A DNA stretch of 64,000 nt from Acidobacteriota bacterium (GCA_965248695.1 CBDFKD010000002.1:2368001-2432000), one strand, 5' to 3'. Positions 18,874 through 28,820 are shown, counted from the stretch's first letter. Notes: generated from the letters alone by a model not told the origin. A program made the numbers and translations.

Positions 18874-21579
18874 CTAGTCGCCGTCCCTGAGCGCCGCGGT
18901 CGGTTCGATCCGCAGAGCACGCACCGTCGGCGCGGCGCACGCGGCTAGGCTAATCAGTACCATCACGCCGATGCCGAGGGCCACGGTAGCGGCGATGGCC
19001 ACGCCGGTCCCGCCAGGCTCCTGCTCCGAGACCTCGAAGAAGATGCGGCCGGCGAGCGGCATCCCGAGCAGCACACCAAGTCCAATCTGGGCAAGGGAAC
19101 GCCGTGCAACCGTGAACGCGATGCTTCCTCGCCGCGCACCCAACGCGGTCCGTATTCCGATCTCCCGTGTCCGCTGCGCCACGGCGAAGGACATGATCGC
19201 ATAGAGCCCTGAGGCCGCCATCGCAAGCAGAAGCGCGACGAACACGCCGCCACCAAGAATCATGAAGGACATTAAGTACCAGTCGCCCTCGTACAACTTG
19301 CTGAGGGCGGCCGGAGAGCGGATGACTGCCACCGGATCGACCTCGCGGGTAAGCTCGCGAGGTCGCGACACAAACGCTTCCGGGTCGGCGCCGACGTGGA
19401 TCGCCATCCGCACCGGATAGATCTCGCCTGGCGCGGCCGGCAAATAGAAGCCCTCGTCGAGGTCCGGCCGCAGCATGTGCATGCCGAGGTGACCGACGAC
19501 GCCTACGATCTCGTACCAGGGGCTCGGCTCGACCGAACCCCACGCCGTGTAGCGGAAACGCCGCCCGATCGGATTACGGCCGTCCAGGACACGCTGCACG
19601 AAGTTCGTGTTGACGATCGCCGTCGATGCCGCTTCGTCGAGATCGGTCAGGTCGAAGCCCCGACCCGCCAGGATCGGCTGGGCCAGTCCGTCGAAGAAAC
19701 CCACATCGACGCGCGCCATTCGCGCCTTAGCAACGTCGGATTCTGCCGGCGGGTCCTCTCCTTCGATCTCGATCCGGGGGTTGCGATGGTCCATGCGCGG
19801 CAACGAGCTCCCCACAGCGATACCGCGAACACCCGACTCGGTGGTCAGCCGCCGCACCAGCTCCTGCTGCGTCTCGCCGACTCGCGCCACGAAGGCCTGG
19901 CGTTCTGACTCGCCTGCCTCGGTGGTCGGGAGGTTGCCGGGTAGCCTCACCTCCACGGACAGGAACTCCTCGGCCGCGATTCCGGCCCCCACGCGGCCGT
20001 CCCGCGCGTCGCGGACGACATCCCATATGCCCACGGCGAGTCCGACCACGATCACCGCGATGGCGACGTCGGCGACGATGAGCACGCTCGACAGACCACC
20101 GAAGCGACCACCGAACGATCCGGTCCGCGCCTGCCGGACGCTCCACCGGACCGATGCCCCGGTCACCCTCAGCGCCGGAACCACGCCGGCCACGGCGGCG
20201 CTGAAGACGGCAAGGGACAGCGCGCGGAGGACCGCACCGGGCGTCACGCCCGCATCGATCCAGTAGGGCAGCAGGTGCGCGATGTTCGCCGCCGCCAGCA
20301 GCCGACCGGGGAGCCAGCTGATCAGGACTAGCCCCAGACCTGCGGCCACGAGGGCAAGCACCAGCGACTCCGTGAACACCTGGCCCACGATGCGCGCACG
20401 GCGCGCCCCCAGCGCCGTGCGGATCGCCAGCTCCGCCGAGCGAGCGGTCGTGCTGGCGAAAATGAGCATACCGATATTGGCGCAGGCGACCCCGAGCAAC
20501 ATGAGCGCGACCAGTTGGGCGATGTAGAACTCCGGCAGCGCCCGGAATCCTCCCTTCGGAAGGCCGAGGGCGAGATACGAAGCGTGAACCACCTCGGGGC
20601 GGAGGGACTCATGGGCCTCGGGGAACTCGAGCCTCGTGCGCTGCCCCACCGCGGTGAGCTGAGCCTGCGCCTCGGCATCCGCGACTCCGTCCGACAGACG
20701 CCCGAAGATCTTCAACGGCAACCCCTCGCGGGGTACGCCGGCTGGCCGGGCACGAAGCGGTAGCCAAAGCTGATGGCGGATCGGGAACAGGAAGCCCTCC
20801 GGCATGACGCCGACCACCGTATGCGGCATGCCGTTGACCGAGACGGTCCGACCGACGATGCCGCGATCGCCGCCGAAGCGCGCCTGCCAGATCTCGTAAC
20901 CAACTACGATCACATCAGGCCCATCGATCGCTTCATCGTTCGCGTCCAGCATGCGCCCGAGGAAGGGGGCGACGCGAAGAATGTCGAACGTCGATGCCGT
21001 GACCTCGGCGCCGGCGACCGGCTCGCTGATCCCGCCCTCCGAGTCGACGTTGTAACTGGCCGGCCGGGCGGCCCCGAGCGCTTGGAATGCGGTGAGCTCC
21101 TGGCGCCAGCGCTCCAGTTCGTAGGCGGTCGTGGCAGCCGGGCGCGACGTGGCCACGTTCCAGTACCGCAGCACCCGGATTCGCTCCCCCCCGTCGACCG
21201 GGAGTGGTGCCTCGAAGGCGTTGGCGGTCTGCCAGGGGGCCATGCCGACGGGAATGCCCACACCGAGAGCGAATACCGCGACGCCGGTGAGACCGGGGCG
21301 CTTGACCAGGTTCCGCAGCCCCAGCTTGACGTCGATCCCCGACACGGGGAGCCGGGGCATACGGCGAACACGCAGCACGCTGAGGGCGGATGCGATCATG
21401 TTCACGGCGTAGCGCCAACGGGCTAGCCACCACGGTAAGCCGCGGGCGAGGTCACGCTCCATCGCGTCGTCCAGGTCTGCGCGGATGAACTCCGCCCCAG
21501 TACCTCGGATGAGGAGCGCTGCAAGTCGACGGAGCAGGCGTGGTCCCCGTGCATCGTCGAACTCGCCGAGATAGCCCAT
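18874..21579 (-). CDS. ADOP-type duplicated ABC transporter permease (MacB/FtsX-like)
   Basis: Two FtsX-type repeats (ELAIRTALGARR, RTREIGIRTALGA) and periplasmic segments with VVGVMP; no ATPase domain. Confidence 0.85.
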   Translation of the reverse strand: MGYLGEFDDARGPRLLRRLAALLIRGTGAEFIRADLDDAMERDLARGLPWWLARWRYAVNMIASALSVLRVRRMPRLPVSGIDVKLGLRNLVKRPGLTGVAVFALGVGIPVGMAPWQTANAFEAPLPVDGGERIRVLRYWNVATSRPAATTAYELERWRQELTAFQALGAARPASYNVDSEGGISEPVAGAEVTASTFDILRVAPFLGRMLDANDEAIDGPDVIVVGYEIWQARFGGDRGIVGRTVSVNGMPHTVVGVMPEGFLFPIRHQLWLPLRARPAGVPREGLPLKIFGRLSDGVADAEAQAQLTAVGQRTRLEFPEAHESLRPEVVHASYLALGLPKGGFRALPEFYIAQLVALMLLGVACANIGMLIFASTTARSAELAIRTALGARRARIVGQVFTESLVLALVAAGLGLVLISWLPGRLLAAANIAHLLPYWIDAGVTPGAVLRALSLAVFSAAVAGVVPALRVTGASVRWSVRQARTGSFGGRFGGLSSVLIVADVAIAVIVVGLAVGIWDVVRDARDGRVGAGIAAEEFLSVEVRLPGNLPTTEAGESERQAFVARVGETQQELVRRLTTESGVRGIAVGSSLPRMDHRNPRIEIEGEDPPAESDVAKARMARVDVGFFDGLAQPILAGRGFDLTDLDEAASTAIVNTNFVQRVLDGRNPIGRRFRYTAWGSVEPSPWYEIVGVVGHLGMHMLRPDLDEGFYLPAAPGEIYPVRMAIHVGADPEAFVSRPRELTREVDPVAVIRSPAALSKLYEGDWYLMSFMILGGGVFVALLLAMAASGLYAIMSFAVAQRTREIGIRTALGARRGSIAFTVARRSLAQIGLGVLLGMPLAGRIFFEVSEQEPGGTGVAIAATVALGIGVMVLISLAACAAPTVRALRIEPTAALRDGD

Positions 21580-21648
21580 CGGTCGGAACGTGTCGGCGTA
21601 CGCGGCCGGAATGGCTTGCGTGCTAGGAAAACGGGGCTCGCTGGCGCG

Positions 21649-21679
21649 ATTATACTACGTCGTAGTTAAATATCTGCAA
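21649..21679 (-). promoter_or_regulatory. Candidate sigma70 promoter with a dyad operator upstream of the ADOP permease
   Basis: Minus strand reads TTGCAG-N19-TATAAT in an AT-rich patch. The palindrome ACTACG-T-CGTAGT is at 21654-21666. Confidence 0.45.
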
Positions 21680-21843
21680 TTGGCTGTGCGCAACGCCAAG
21701 CAGCCTCCCTGCGGCGGATCGGTCGCGCCCCGCGGAGTGCTTTCGTGCCCGGGAGAATCGCCCCGCCCTCCTGTTACGCTGGGGCGCGGTCTGGGCACAA
21801 TCTACTTGCCGGTCTTGCCCCTGAATTCGTGGAGGATTGATCG

Positions 21844-23328
21844 ATGAGCACTAGCCGGGCGATGGTCGCCGTGCTGGTCGCGCTGGGCTGCGTGGTTGCC
21901 GCAGCCCCTCAGGAACCTCCCGCACCGACCGAGGCGACGCCTCTCCAGGCCGTTGATGCGAACAAGCCGACGCACAACTGGCCGCGCTTCCTCGGGCCCG
22001 ATGCCCTACCTGTCGCCGACAACCCACGGCTGCCGGACCGTTGGTCGACGACCGAAAATGTCGAGTGGGCGATCGAGGTGCCCGGCGTAGGATGGTCTTC
22101 CCCGATCGTCTGGGACGGCAAGGTCTTCTTGACCTCGGCCGTCACCGACGGGCCGGCGAAGCAGCCCTCATTGGGGACCGACTTCAGCAATGAGTACCTC
22201 GCAGCGTTGCGTGCCGAGGGTTTGTCGAGCGAGGAGGTCAACGACCGGCTGTATGCGCGCGATCGCGAGATGCCACACGAGGTCGTCATCGACCTGATGC
22301 TCTACTGCTTCGATCTCCAGAGCGGCGCGCGCCTCTGGGAGAGGCAGGTCTACCAAGGGAACCCGCCGGGCGGTCGCCACCGAAAGAACAGCTTCGCGTC
22401 CGAGACGCCAGCTACGGACGGCGAGCGCGTTTACGTCTACCTGGGACACCTCGGGCTCTTCGCCTTCGATCTGGACGGGAACGCGGTGTGGGCGACGCCG
22501 TTGAAGCTGTACCAAAAGGCCCGGGATTTCGGCACCGGCGCGTCTCCCGCGATTCACGGTGACCGTGTGTTCGTCCTCAACGATAACGAAGAACAAGGGT
22601 TCATCGCCGCGTTCGACAAGCGAACCGGCAAAGAGCTGTGGCGCACGCTGAGAGATCTGGGCAGAGGGCGCAGGACCGGCTGGTCGACGCCCTTCGTCTG
22701 GGAGCACGAGCTGCGCACCGAGATCGTGACCACCGGACCCCGCGCTGTCATCAGCTATGGCCTGGCGGGCGAGGAGCTGTGGCGGATGCACGGTACCGCA
22801 ACCACGACCATCCAGAGCCCGTTCGTCTGGGGCGGTCGCCTCTTCGTGACCTCCGGATCGGCCGGACAGCAGGGTCGGTCCATCGCCGCCATCCGTCCTG
22901 GCGCCTCGGGGGACATCACGCCGAAATCCCCGGTGGACATCGACGAGCATGTCGCCTGGTACAATCCGCTCGCGGGGGGCACGTACCTGCCGACGCCGAT
23001 CATCTATGACGGCGCGCTGTACGAGCTCACCTCGAGAGGCATCTTCACCCGCTACGACGTCGAGACCGGTAAGCGCGTGTACCGCGCCCGCGTCGCGCCG
23101 GGCGCCTCGGCGTTCACGACCACGCCGTGGGCGTACAACGGCAAGATCTTCGCCATGGGCGAGGAGGGCGACACCTTCGTGATCGAGGCGGGCGCTGAAT
23201 ACCGGCTAGCCCACGTCAACGACCTGAACGAGTGGACGCTCGCCTCGCCAGCAATCGTCGGAGATCGTTTGCTCCTGCGGACGCAGAGGCGCCTGTACTC
23301 GATCCGTAATCAAGACGACTCGCAATGA
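21844..23328 (+). CDS. PQQ-binding-like beta-propeller repeat protein, secreted
   Basis: GGAGG RBS; NWPRFLGP, WSSPIVWDG, NSFASETPATDG and ASPAIVGDRL motifs. Confidence 0.85.
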   Translation: MSTSRAMVAVLVALGCVVAAAPQEPPAPTEATPLQAVDANKPTHNWPRFLGPDALPVADNPRLPDRWSTTENVEWAIEVPGVGWSSPIVWDGKVFLTSAVTDGPAKQPSLGTDFSNEYLAALRAEGLSSEEVNDRLYARDREMPHEVVIDLMLYCFDLQSGARLWERQVYQGNPPGGRHRKNSFASETPATDGERVYVYLGHLGLFAFDLDGNAVWATPLKLYQKARDFGTGASPAIHGDRVFVLNDNEEQGFIAAFDKRTGKELWRTLRDLGRGRRTGWSTPFVWEHELRTEIVTTGPRAVISYGLAGEELWRMHGTATTTIQSPFVWGGRLFVTSGSAGQQGRSIAAIRPGASGDITPKSPVDIDEHVAWYNPLAGGTYLPTPIIYDGALYELTSRGIFTRYDVETGKRVYRARVAPGASAFTTTPWAYNGKIFAMGEEGDTFVIEAGAEYRLAHVNDLNEWTLASPAIVGDRLLLRTQRRLYSIRNQDDSQ

Positions 23329-23431
23329 GCCGGCGGCGAGCCGCTCGGCAGCTTCGAAATCGAGCCCCGAGCCCTCGGTCGACGGTATATTGAGCCGACA
23401 CTCGGTTCGTATGACACCCCGGCCGTTCAGA

Positions 23432-24250
23432 ATGGAAATCCTTCGGCACGACATCCGCCACGCCTTTCGTAGCCTGGTGCGCCAAAAGGCGGTAACCGCT
23501 GCCGCCCTGGCCACGCTCGCGCTCGGTATCGGCGCCAACACGGCAATTTTCTCCGTCGTCTACGGCGTGCTCCTGCGCCCACTTCCGTACCCCGAGCCAG
23601 ACGGCCTGGTGAGGGTCTGGGAGGAACATCCGGGCGCCAATGCGCCGGTCAGCGGGATGCTCAGCGATCTCACGACGCGGGCCTGGATGCCTGGGGCCAC
23701 GACGCTCGAGGGGATCGCGGCGTGGAGTGACACCATGTTCACCGTCGGGCGCGAGGAACCGGAGCGGCTACGCGGGGCGTCGGTCTCGCCCGGGTTGTTC
23801 TCCCTTCTGCGAGCGGCTCCCGTTGCCGGCAGGTTCTTCCGTCCCGAGGAGGCGGTCGAGGGCGCAAGCGATGTGGTCGTGCTCGGCTATGGCTTCTGGC
23901 AGGATCGATTCGCCGGCGCCGACGCCGCCATCGGGCAAACGCTGATCGTCAGCGAACGCCCGCACACCATCATCGGTGTGGCGCCGCCGGGCTTCGCGTT
24001 CCCGGCCACGGAGTCATTGCTCTGGACTCCCTACGTGCTGCCAGACCCCCTGGCTCGCGAGGAAAACCCCGGCTTACGGGTGTTCGGCGCCGTGGCCCGC
24101 CTGGCAGCCGATGCGACCCCGGAGCAGGCAGCGGCCGAAGGAACGGCAGCGGCGCGCGCGAAAGAGCGGCCCTTCATAGCAACGCTGATGTTCGGGGAAG
24201 GCGGCGAAGTGGAAGTTCGCGTCGCCGGGCTAGCCGAGGAGAGGGTCTGA
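23432..24250 (+). pseudogene. Truncated ADOP permease (N-terminal TM and MacB-like periplasmic part only)
   Basis: DIRHAFRSL and TLALGIGANTAIFSVVYGVLLRPLPYPEP motifs. The ORF stops before the first FtsX domain. Confidence 0.75.
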
Positions 24251-24300
24251 AGCGCGACCGAGCCCGACGGCAAGACCGCATGTGCGCGGGTTCGCTCGCG

Positions 24301-26487
24301 TCAGAAGCGCACCCGAACCCCGCCGTTGATCACGCGACCTTCGAGTGGCGCCCAGGCATCGACGGTCCACCGGCCGTCGTGCCCGCGCGCCGGGAGCAGC
24401 ACCGGTCCGTCGCTGGACTGGCGTACGTTGGTGAGGTTCTCGCCGTTGATGAAGACGCTCCATGACCCGAGCCGCTTCTCGGCAAGGATGCCGAGGATCA
24501 CGTAGGGCTCGCTGCGCGCGCGGTACGGGTCGGCCTCGAGGCTCTGCCGGCCGGTGTAGTAGACCTCGACACCGACGCGTCCCGGCTCGCCCTCCGCCAT
24601 AGCGACGAGCCCGGCGCTGTGACGCGGCGTCAACGGCACGTCGCGGACGACACCGCGCTCGATATCGCTGGCGTCCACGTAGGCGTAGCTGCCAGTGAGC
24701 GCGAACGGTGCTCGGCGCATCGTGACCAGCAGCTCGACGCCGCGGTTCTCGGAGGTGCCGTCGAGATTGCGCAGGGCATAGCGCTGCTCGCGATCGACCA
24801 CCACGGGGCTGTCGATCCACGACCTGAAGAACGTCACGGTCGTGGCAAGGTCCCCGATGTCGTAGCCGACGTCGATGGCGACGCTGCGACCACGCTCTGC
24901 CACCAGCGGCCGCGGCAGCTGCAGTCGCGTGAGGCCGGCGGCCTCGGTCTCCTCCGTGAGGGGCGTGGGCCCGAAGAACCCGGTACCGAACGAGGCGCGG
25001 CTGTGGAACCCGCCGCGGCGTACCAGCGTCGACACGCGCGGGCTCACGAACGTCCCGTACTCGCTGTGCCAGTCCACCCGGGCCCCCGCCGACACCGACA
25101 GCCAGTCGGCGACGTCGATGTCGTCCTGCACGAACAGGCCGGGCTTGGTGAATGTGTAGTCGAAACGCGGCACGTCCTCCGATCGGTAGGTGTCGGCCTC
25201 GAGCGCCGCGCCGAGAACCCAGGTGTGGCGTCCGCTCGCGCCGCGTACGGCGACCTCGCCGAAGATAGTCGAGTGACGGTCGACCTCGCGAACCTCGCCG
25301 AAGCGATGCGTGTGCCACTGACCCACGGCGGCGCCCCGCGCGGTCAACACCAGGCTCTCGTCGATGACGACCTGGCCGACCACGCCGCCGTCGACGCGGG
25401 TGGTCTCGAGCGATTCCACGTAAGGCTGTCCAGTCGCCGGTAGCCGTGCCCCGCCGACGGTGCCGCCGGTCCGTCGCTCGCGGGTCAGCCCGGCAGTGGC
25501 GAACAGCGAGGCGCCCCCGTCGCCATTCCAGTAGAAGCGCGGGCGCACGACGGCACGTTCGTACGCCGGCAGGTCGGCCCAGCCGTCGCCCTCGACATCC
25601 TGCGCCACCTGCCGGTGGAGACCGCCGAGCAGCGACGCGCCGGTGCGCTCGCCGATGGGACCCGCGAGCCAGAGCACCGCGTCGGTGCCCCCCCGGGCAG
25701 ACTGATTGACCAGCAGCTCGCGTGTAGCGGTAGCGCCCGGCTGCCGCGACACGAGGTTGACCACTCCGCCCATCGCGCCGGCGCCATACAGCGCCGAGGC
25801 CACCCCCTTGATGACCTCGACCTGGCCGAGATCCATCGGCGGGATCTGTAGCAGGCCGATGCCGCCCGGCTGCTCGCCGAACAGCGGCAGACCGTCGGAG
25901 AAGAAACGCGTATAGCGCCCGCGCATACCCTGGATCCTCAGGCTTGCGGATCCCATCGCGGGTGAGGTCGACTGCACCCGCAGGCCGCCCATCTCGTTGA
26001 GCATCATGACGATGTCGCCGGGCGTCATCATCATCTTCTCCTCGATCTCCTCGCGATCGAGCACCTCCACGCGCATCGGCTGGTCCTCGATACGGCGACC
26101 CGTGCGCGTGCTCGCCACCACGATGACCTCCTCGTCCACGCCTACCGGACCCAGCAGCATCGGGATCACGGCGCGCTCGCCACTGCGCACCGTCGTCATC
26201 ATCTCGACGTCGGCGAAGCCCGCCAGACTGGCGTGGATTCCGATCGCCCCCGCGGCCACCCTGATTTCCACCGCGCCGTCCTCACCCACGACGTGGTCGA
26301 CGCCATTGACACTCACGACTGCTCCGAGCGCCGGGCCACCCGCGGCTTCGACCTCGATGCGCAGGGTCGCGTCGAGATCCTGGGCCGAGGCAGAGACTGT
26401 GGGAAGCGCCCAGGAGACCAACACCAAGAGGGCGAGTCCCTTCAACTTGGACGCAGCTCCATGGCGACCAACGAACACTGGAGTCAC
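24301..26487 (-). CDS. TonB-dependent outer membrane receptor
   Basis: Signal peptide; plug motifs IQGMRGRYT and QVEVIKGVASALYGAGAMGGVVNL; GENLTN; C-terminal VRVRF. Confidence 0.9.
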   Translation of the reverse strand: MTPVFVGRHGAASKLKGLALLVLVSWALPTVSASAQDLDATLRIEVEAAGGPALGAVVSVNGVDHVVGEDGAVEIRVAAGAIGIHASLAGFADVEMMTTVRSGERAVIPMLLGPVGVDEEVIVVASTRTGRRIEDQPMRVEVLDREEIEEKMMMTPGDIVMMLNEMGGLRVQSTSPAMGSASLRIQGMRGRYTRFFSDGLPLFGEQPGGIGLLQIPPMDLGQVEVIKGVASALYGAGAMGGVVNLVSRQPGATATRELLVNQSARGGTDAVLWLAGPIGERTGASLLGGLHRQVAQDVEGDGWADLPAYERAVVRPRFYWNGDGGASLFATAGLTRERRTGGTVGGARLPATGQPYVESLETTRVDGGVVGQVVIDESLVLTARGAAVGQWHTHRFGEVREVDRHSTIFGEVAVRGASGRHTWVLGAALEADTYRSEDVPRFDYTFTKPGLFVQDDIDVADWLSVSAGARVDWHSEYGTFVSPRVSTLVRRGGFHSRASFGTGFFGPTPLTEETEAAGLTRLQLPRPLVAERGRSVAIDVGYDIGDLATTVTFFRSWIDSPVVVDREQRYALRNLDGTSENRGVELLVTMRRAPFALTGSYAYVDASDIERGVVRDVPLTPRHSAGLVAMAEGEPGRVGVEVYYTGRQSLEADPYRARSEPYVILGILAEKRLGSWSVFINGENLTNVRQSSDGPVLLPARGHDGRWTVDAWAPLEGRVINGGVRVRF

Positions 26488-26503
26488 GCGGCAACTCTCC
26501 CCA

Positions 26504-26542
26504 ACGCCCGTAGCTCAGCTGGATAGGGCAGCGGACTTCTAG
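26504..26542 (+). tRNA. 5' half of tRNA-Arg(UCU), truncated after the anticodon loop (non-functional fragment)
   Basis: ACGCCCG-TA-GCTC-AGCTGGATA-GGGC-A-GCGGA-CTTCTAG gives the 5' acceptor strand, D-arm and anticodon TCT. There is no 3' anticodon stem or T-arm. Confidence 0.75.
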
Positions 26543-26552
26543 CCCTGGTCAG

Positions 26553-28085
26553 TCATGCTGCACCGATATGTTCCGCCAATCTGACGGCAAGCGCCGATAC
26601 CGTCAGCGTCGGGTTCGCTGCGGCAATACTGGGGAACACAGCGTTCGAACACACATAGAGATTGTCCGTGCCGTGAACCTGTAGGTCAGGATTGACGATA
26701 CCGTCTCCGTCGGAGTTGCTCATGCGGCAGGTTGACGCTGCATGGGCTCCGTCGGGATTCATGACGTCGCCTTCGATACTGTCTTCCTTGCACCCTGCGG
26801 TTTTCAGGATCTCGACGAACGTCTGCACATGCTCCTGTCGAGTCTTGATATTGATTTCGTGAACAGCAACCTCGATCCCCGTCGTGGGAAGGCCGTGTCG
26901 CGTGGTACCGCTTCCCAGGCTTACTCGATTCTCCGGGCTGTCGAATTGCTCCATTTCACCGCCCAACGAGATCGTCATCTCAGAAACCGAGCTGGCATCC
27001 ATATCAGCCCGCGACACATTCGAGAGGATTTGCCTTTCCAGAGAAGAGCTCGCGCCGACACCCCCGGAAAACCACATTTTGCCTCTGTGCTGATATTCCG
27101 GTGAATCGAAGTGTCGGCTGACCAGAGAGGTAAAGCCGAGCTCCCCATCGAGTTTGTCGGAATTTCCTGGCCGTACACCTGATGCGCCCATCACCGGATG
27201 GCCGATCGAATGGCGGCCAACATGCCCTGAGTCGTTGCCAATACCGTCGGTCCAGTCCGTGTCGGCAGAGGCAAGCAGAAGCTTGGCGGATTCGATCGTG
27301 CCGCCGCAGACGATAACCACGTCGGCTTCCATCGAGCCAGCAGCGCCCGTCTCGAGGTCCAGAAAGCCGACGCCCCGGGCACGCTCCTTACCGTCCATCA
27401 GAATTGTCGTGACCGGCGACTCTGTCTTCAGCGTCAGCTTGTCGTCATATTCATCTTGCAGTTGTGCCAGGTCATAGAGGGCCGTATAACGCGCATTCAC
27501 AGGGCAATAGTTGCAGGTTCCTGTCGTGATGCATCGATCGCCGTTCCTGGCTAGCGACATATGCCCGTAGGAGATGTCGTGGCTCTCGAGGGCCTCGATG
27601 ATCAGCGCGTCACCGAGGGTGAATTCGGTTGGCGGGAATGGGTATTGGGCCCCATAGCGAGGTGGATCATCATTCTCTGAATCGCCCGTAATGCCCAGTA
27701 GAATCTCGGCTTCCGCATAGTAGGGCGCCAGATCGTCATAGTTGATCGGCCAGTCGACCCCGAAACCGGTGCGGGACTTGAGTTCGAAGTCTTCAGGCTT
27801 GAACCGTGGCGTCAGCCCGCCCCAGTGATTGGTCGTGCCGCCTTTCATGAAGAGCCTCGAGCCCCGTAGTCCGAAGTGTTCGTTCTCGGTTCTCGGATCG
27901 TCCACGAACTCTCGGTAGAGATCGACGTCGGCCATTACTTGATCAAGCCATACTCGATAGTCGCCGGGCTTGAAGTCAGGACCGGCCTCGAAAACGGTGA
28001 TCTGATAGTCGTTCCCGGTCTTGAAGAGCTGCCTGGCCAATGTCGCACCCGCCACGCCGGAGCCAACGATGATGATCGACTCCAA
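26553..28085 (-). CDS. GMC family flavin oxidoreductase
   Basis: IVGSGVAG, KGGTTNHWG, DWPINYDDLAPYY, C..TGTCNYCP, HAASTCRM and ANPTLT motifs. Start placed at TTG 28085. Confidence 0.9.
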   Translation of the reverse strand: MESIIIVGSGVAGATLARQLFKTGNDYQITVFEAGPDFKPGDYRVWLDQVMADVDLYREFVDDPRTENEHFGLRGSRLFMKGGTTNHWGGLTPRFKPEDFELKSRTGFGVDWPINYDDLAPYYAEAEILLGITGDSENDDPPRYGAQYPFPPTEFTLGDALIIEALESHDISYGHMSLARNGDRCITTGTCNYCPVNARYTALYDLAQLQDEYDDKLTLKTESPVTTILMDGKERARGVGFLDLETGAAGSMEADVVIVCGGTIESAKLLLASADTDWTDGIGNDSGHVGRHSIGHPVMGASGVRPGNSDKLDGELGFTSLVSRHFDSPEYQHRGKMWFSGGVGASSSLERQILSNVSRADMDASSVSEMTISLGGEMEQFDSPENRVSLGSGTTRHGLPTTGIEVAVHEINIKTRQEHVQTFVEILKTAGCKEDSIEGDVMNPDGAHAASTCRMSNSDGDGIVNPDLQVHGTDNLYVCSNAVFPSIAAANPTLTVSALAVRLAEHIGAA

Positions 28086-28086
28086 G

Positions 28087-28677
28087 CTAGACGGCCCCTC
28101 TTCGGTAGCTCTCGGGTGCGGTGAACGAACCACCAAAATAGCCGCGGTAGTTCCATAGCCCGAAGCTCTTGAAGGCGCCCGAGATCGGAATCTGATGGGT
28201 GATCAGCTCGGTGAAGACGAAGTGCCGGGCGCGTCCGAGTTTCGTGGACGCGAAGTTCTCGACGTCGAATTCCGAGAACAGAAGAGATGACCACGCCTGC
28301 TCGACATCAGAGGTACTCGCTTCCACCAGGTTGAACAGTTCGACTGCATGCTCGTACTCCGTCAAATAGCTCGGCTCCTCCTCCGTCTTGAACTGGAGGT
28401 CCGCTCTCAGGCGGCCGAAATAGAGGGGCAGGTCGGCATCTAGCTCCCAGGCCCGGTTCACGTACCGACACAAACTCGTCAGAGCGTCGAACGCATCCTG
28501 GCTCAGGACGCCGGTTCGCGTCCCATCAACGGGCAAGTCGGAGTCGCTGATGAATTGGAGCAACCCGGCGGAGTCATCCTGCGTCACGGGGATGCAAGCG
28601 AACGGCATGGAGGCAAGCACCCCCGAGGAGAGGCCCAGCTTCAAGAGCTGTCTTCGATCGATGTACAGCTTGCTCAT
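28087..28677 (-). CDS. Tat-signal protein, probable small partner subunit of the GMC enzyme (gluconate 2-dehydrogenase subunit 3-like)
   Basis: IDRRQLLK...PFAC; abuts the GMC gene, which lacks its own signal peptide. Confidence 0.6.
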   Translation of the reverse strand: MSKLYIDRRQLLKLGLSSGVLASMPFACIPVTQDDSAGLLQFISDSDLPVDGTRTGVLSQDAFDALTSLCRYVNRAWELDADLPLYFGRLRADLQFKTEEEPSYLTEYEHAVELFNLVEASTSDVEQAWSSLLFSEFDVENFASTKLGRARHFVFTELITHQIPISGAFKSFGLWNYRGYFGGSFTAPESYRRGAV

Positions 28678-28820
28678 GTCGGTCCCTCCGCCGCGAGCAC
28701 GACCTTCAGCAACGACTGATAGGGCACATCGCGTCGGTTCGCCTCTAGCTTGAGCTCATCCAGCAGCCAGCTTGGCATGCGTAGCGTCACTCGAGCAGTG
28801 GACGGTCTCAGCCTCATCAT
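28674..28820 (-). CDS. 48-aa ribbon-helix-helix protein, CopG/BrnA antitoxin-like C-terminal domain (possibly a remnant)
   Basis: Manual translation gives MMRLRPSTARVTLRMPSWLLDELKLEANRRDVPYQSLLKVVLAAEGPT*. It has an ATGA overlap with the next gene. Confidence 0.65.
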   Translation of the reverse strand: MMRLRPSTARVTLRMPSWLLDELKLEANRRDVPYQSLLKVVLAAEGPT

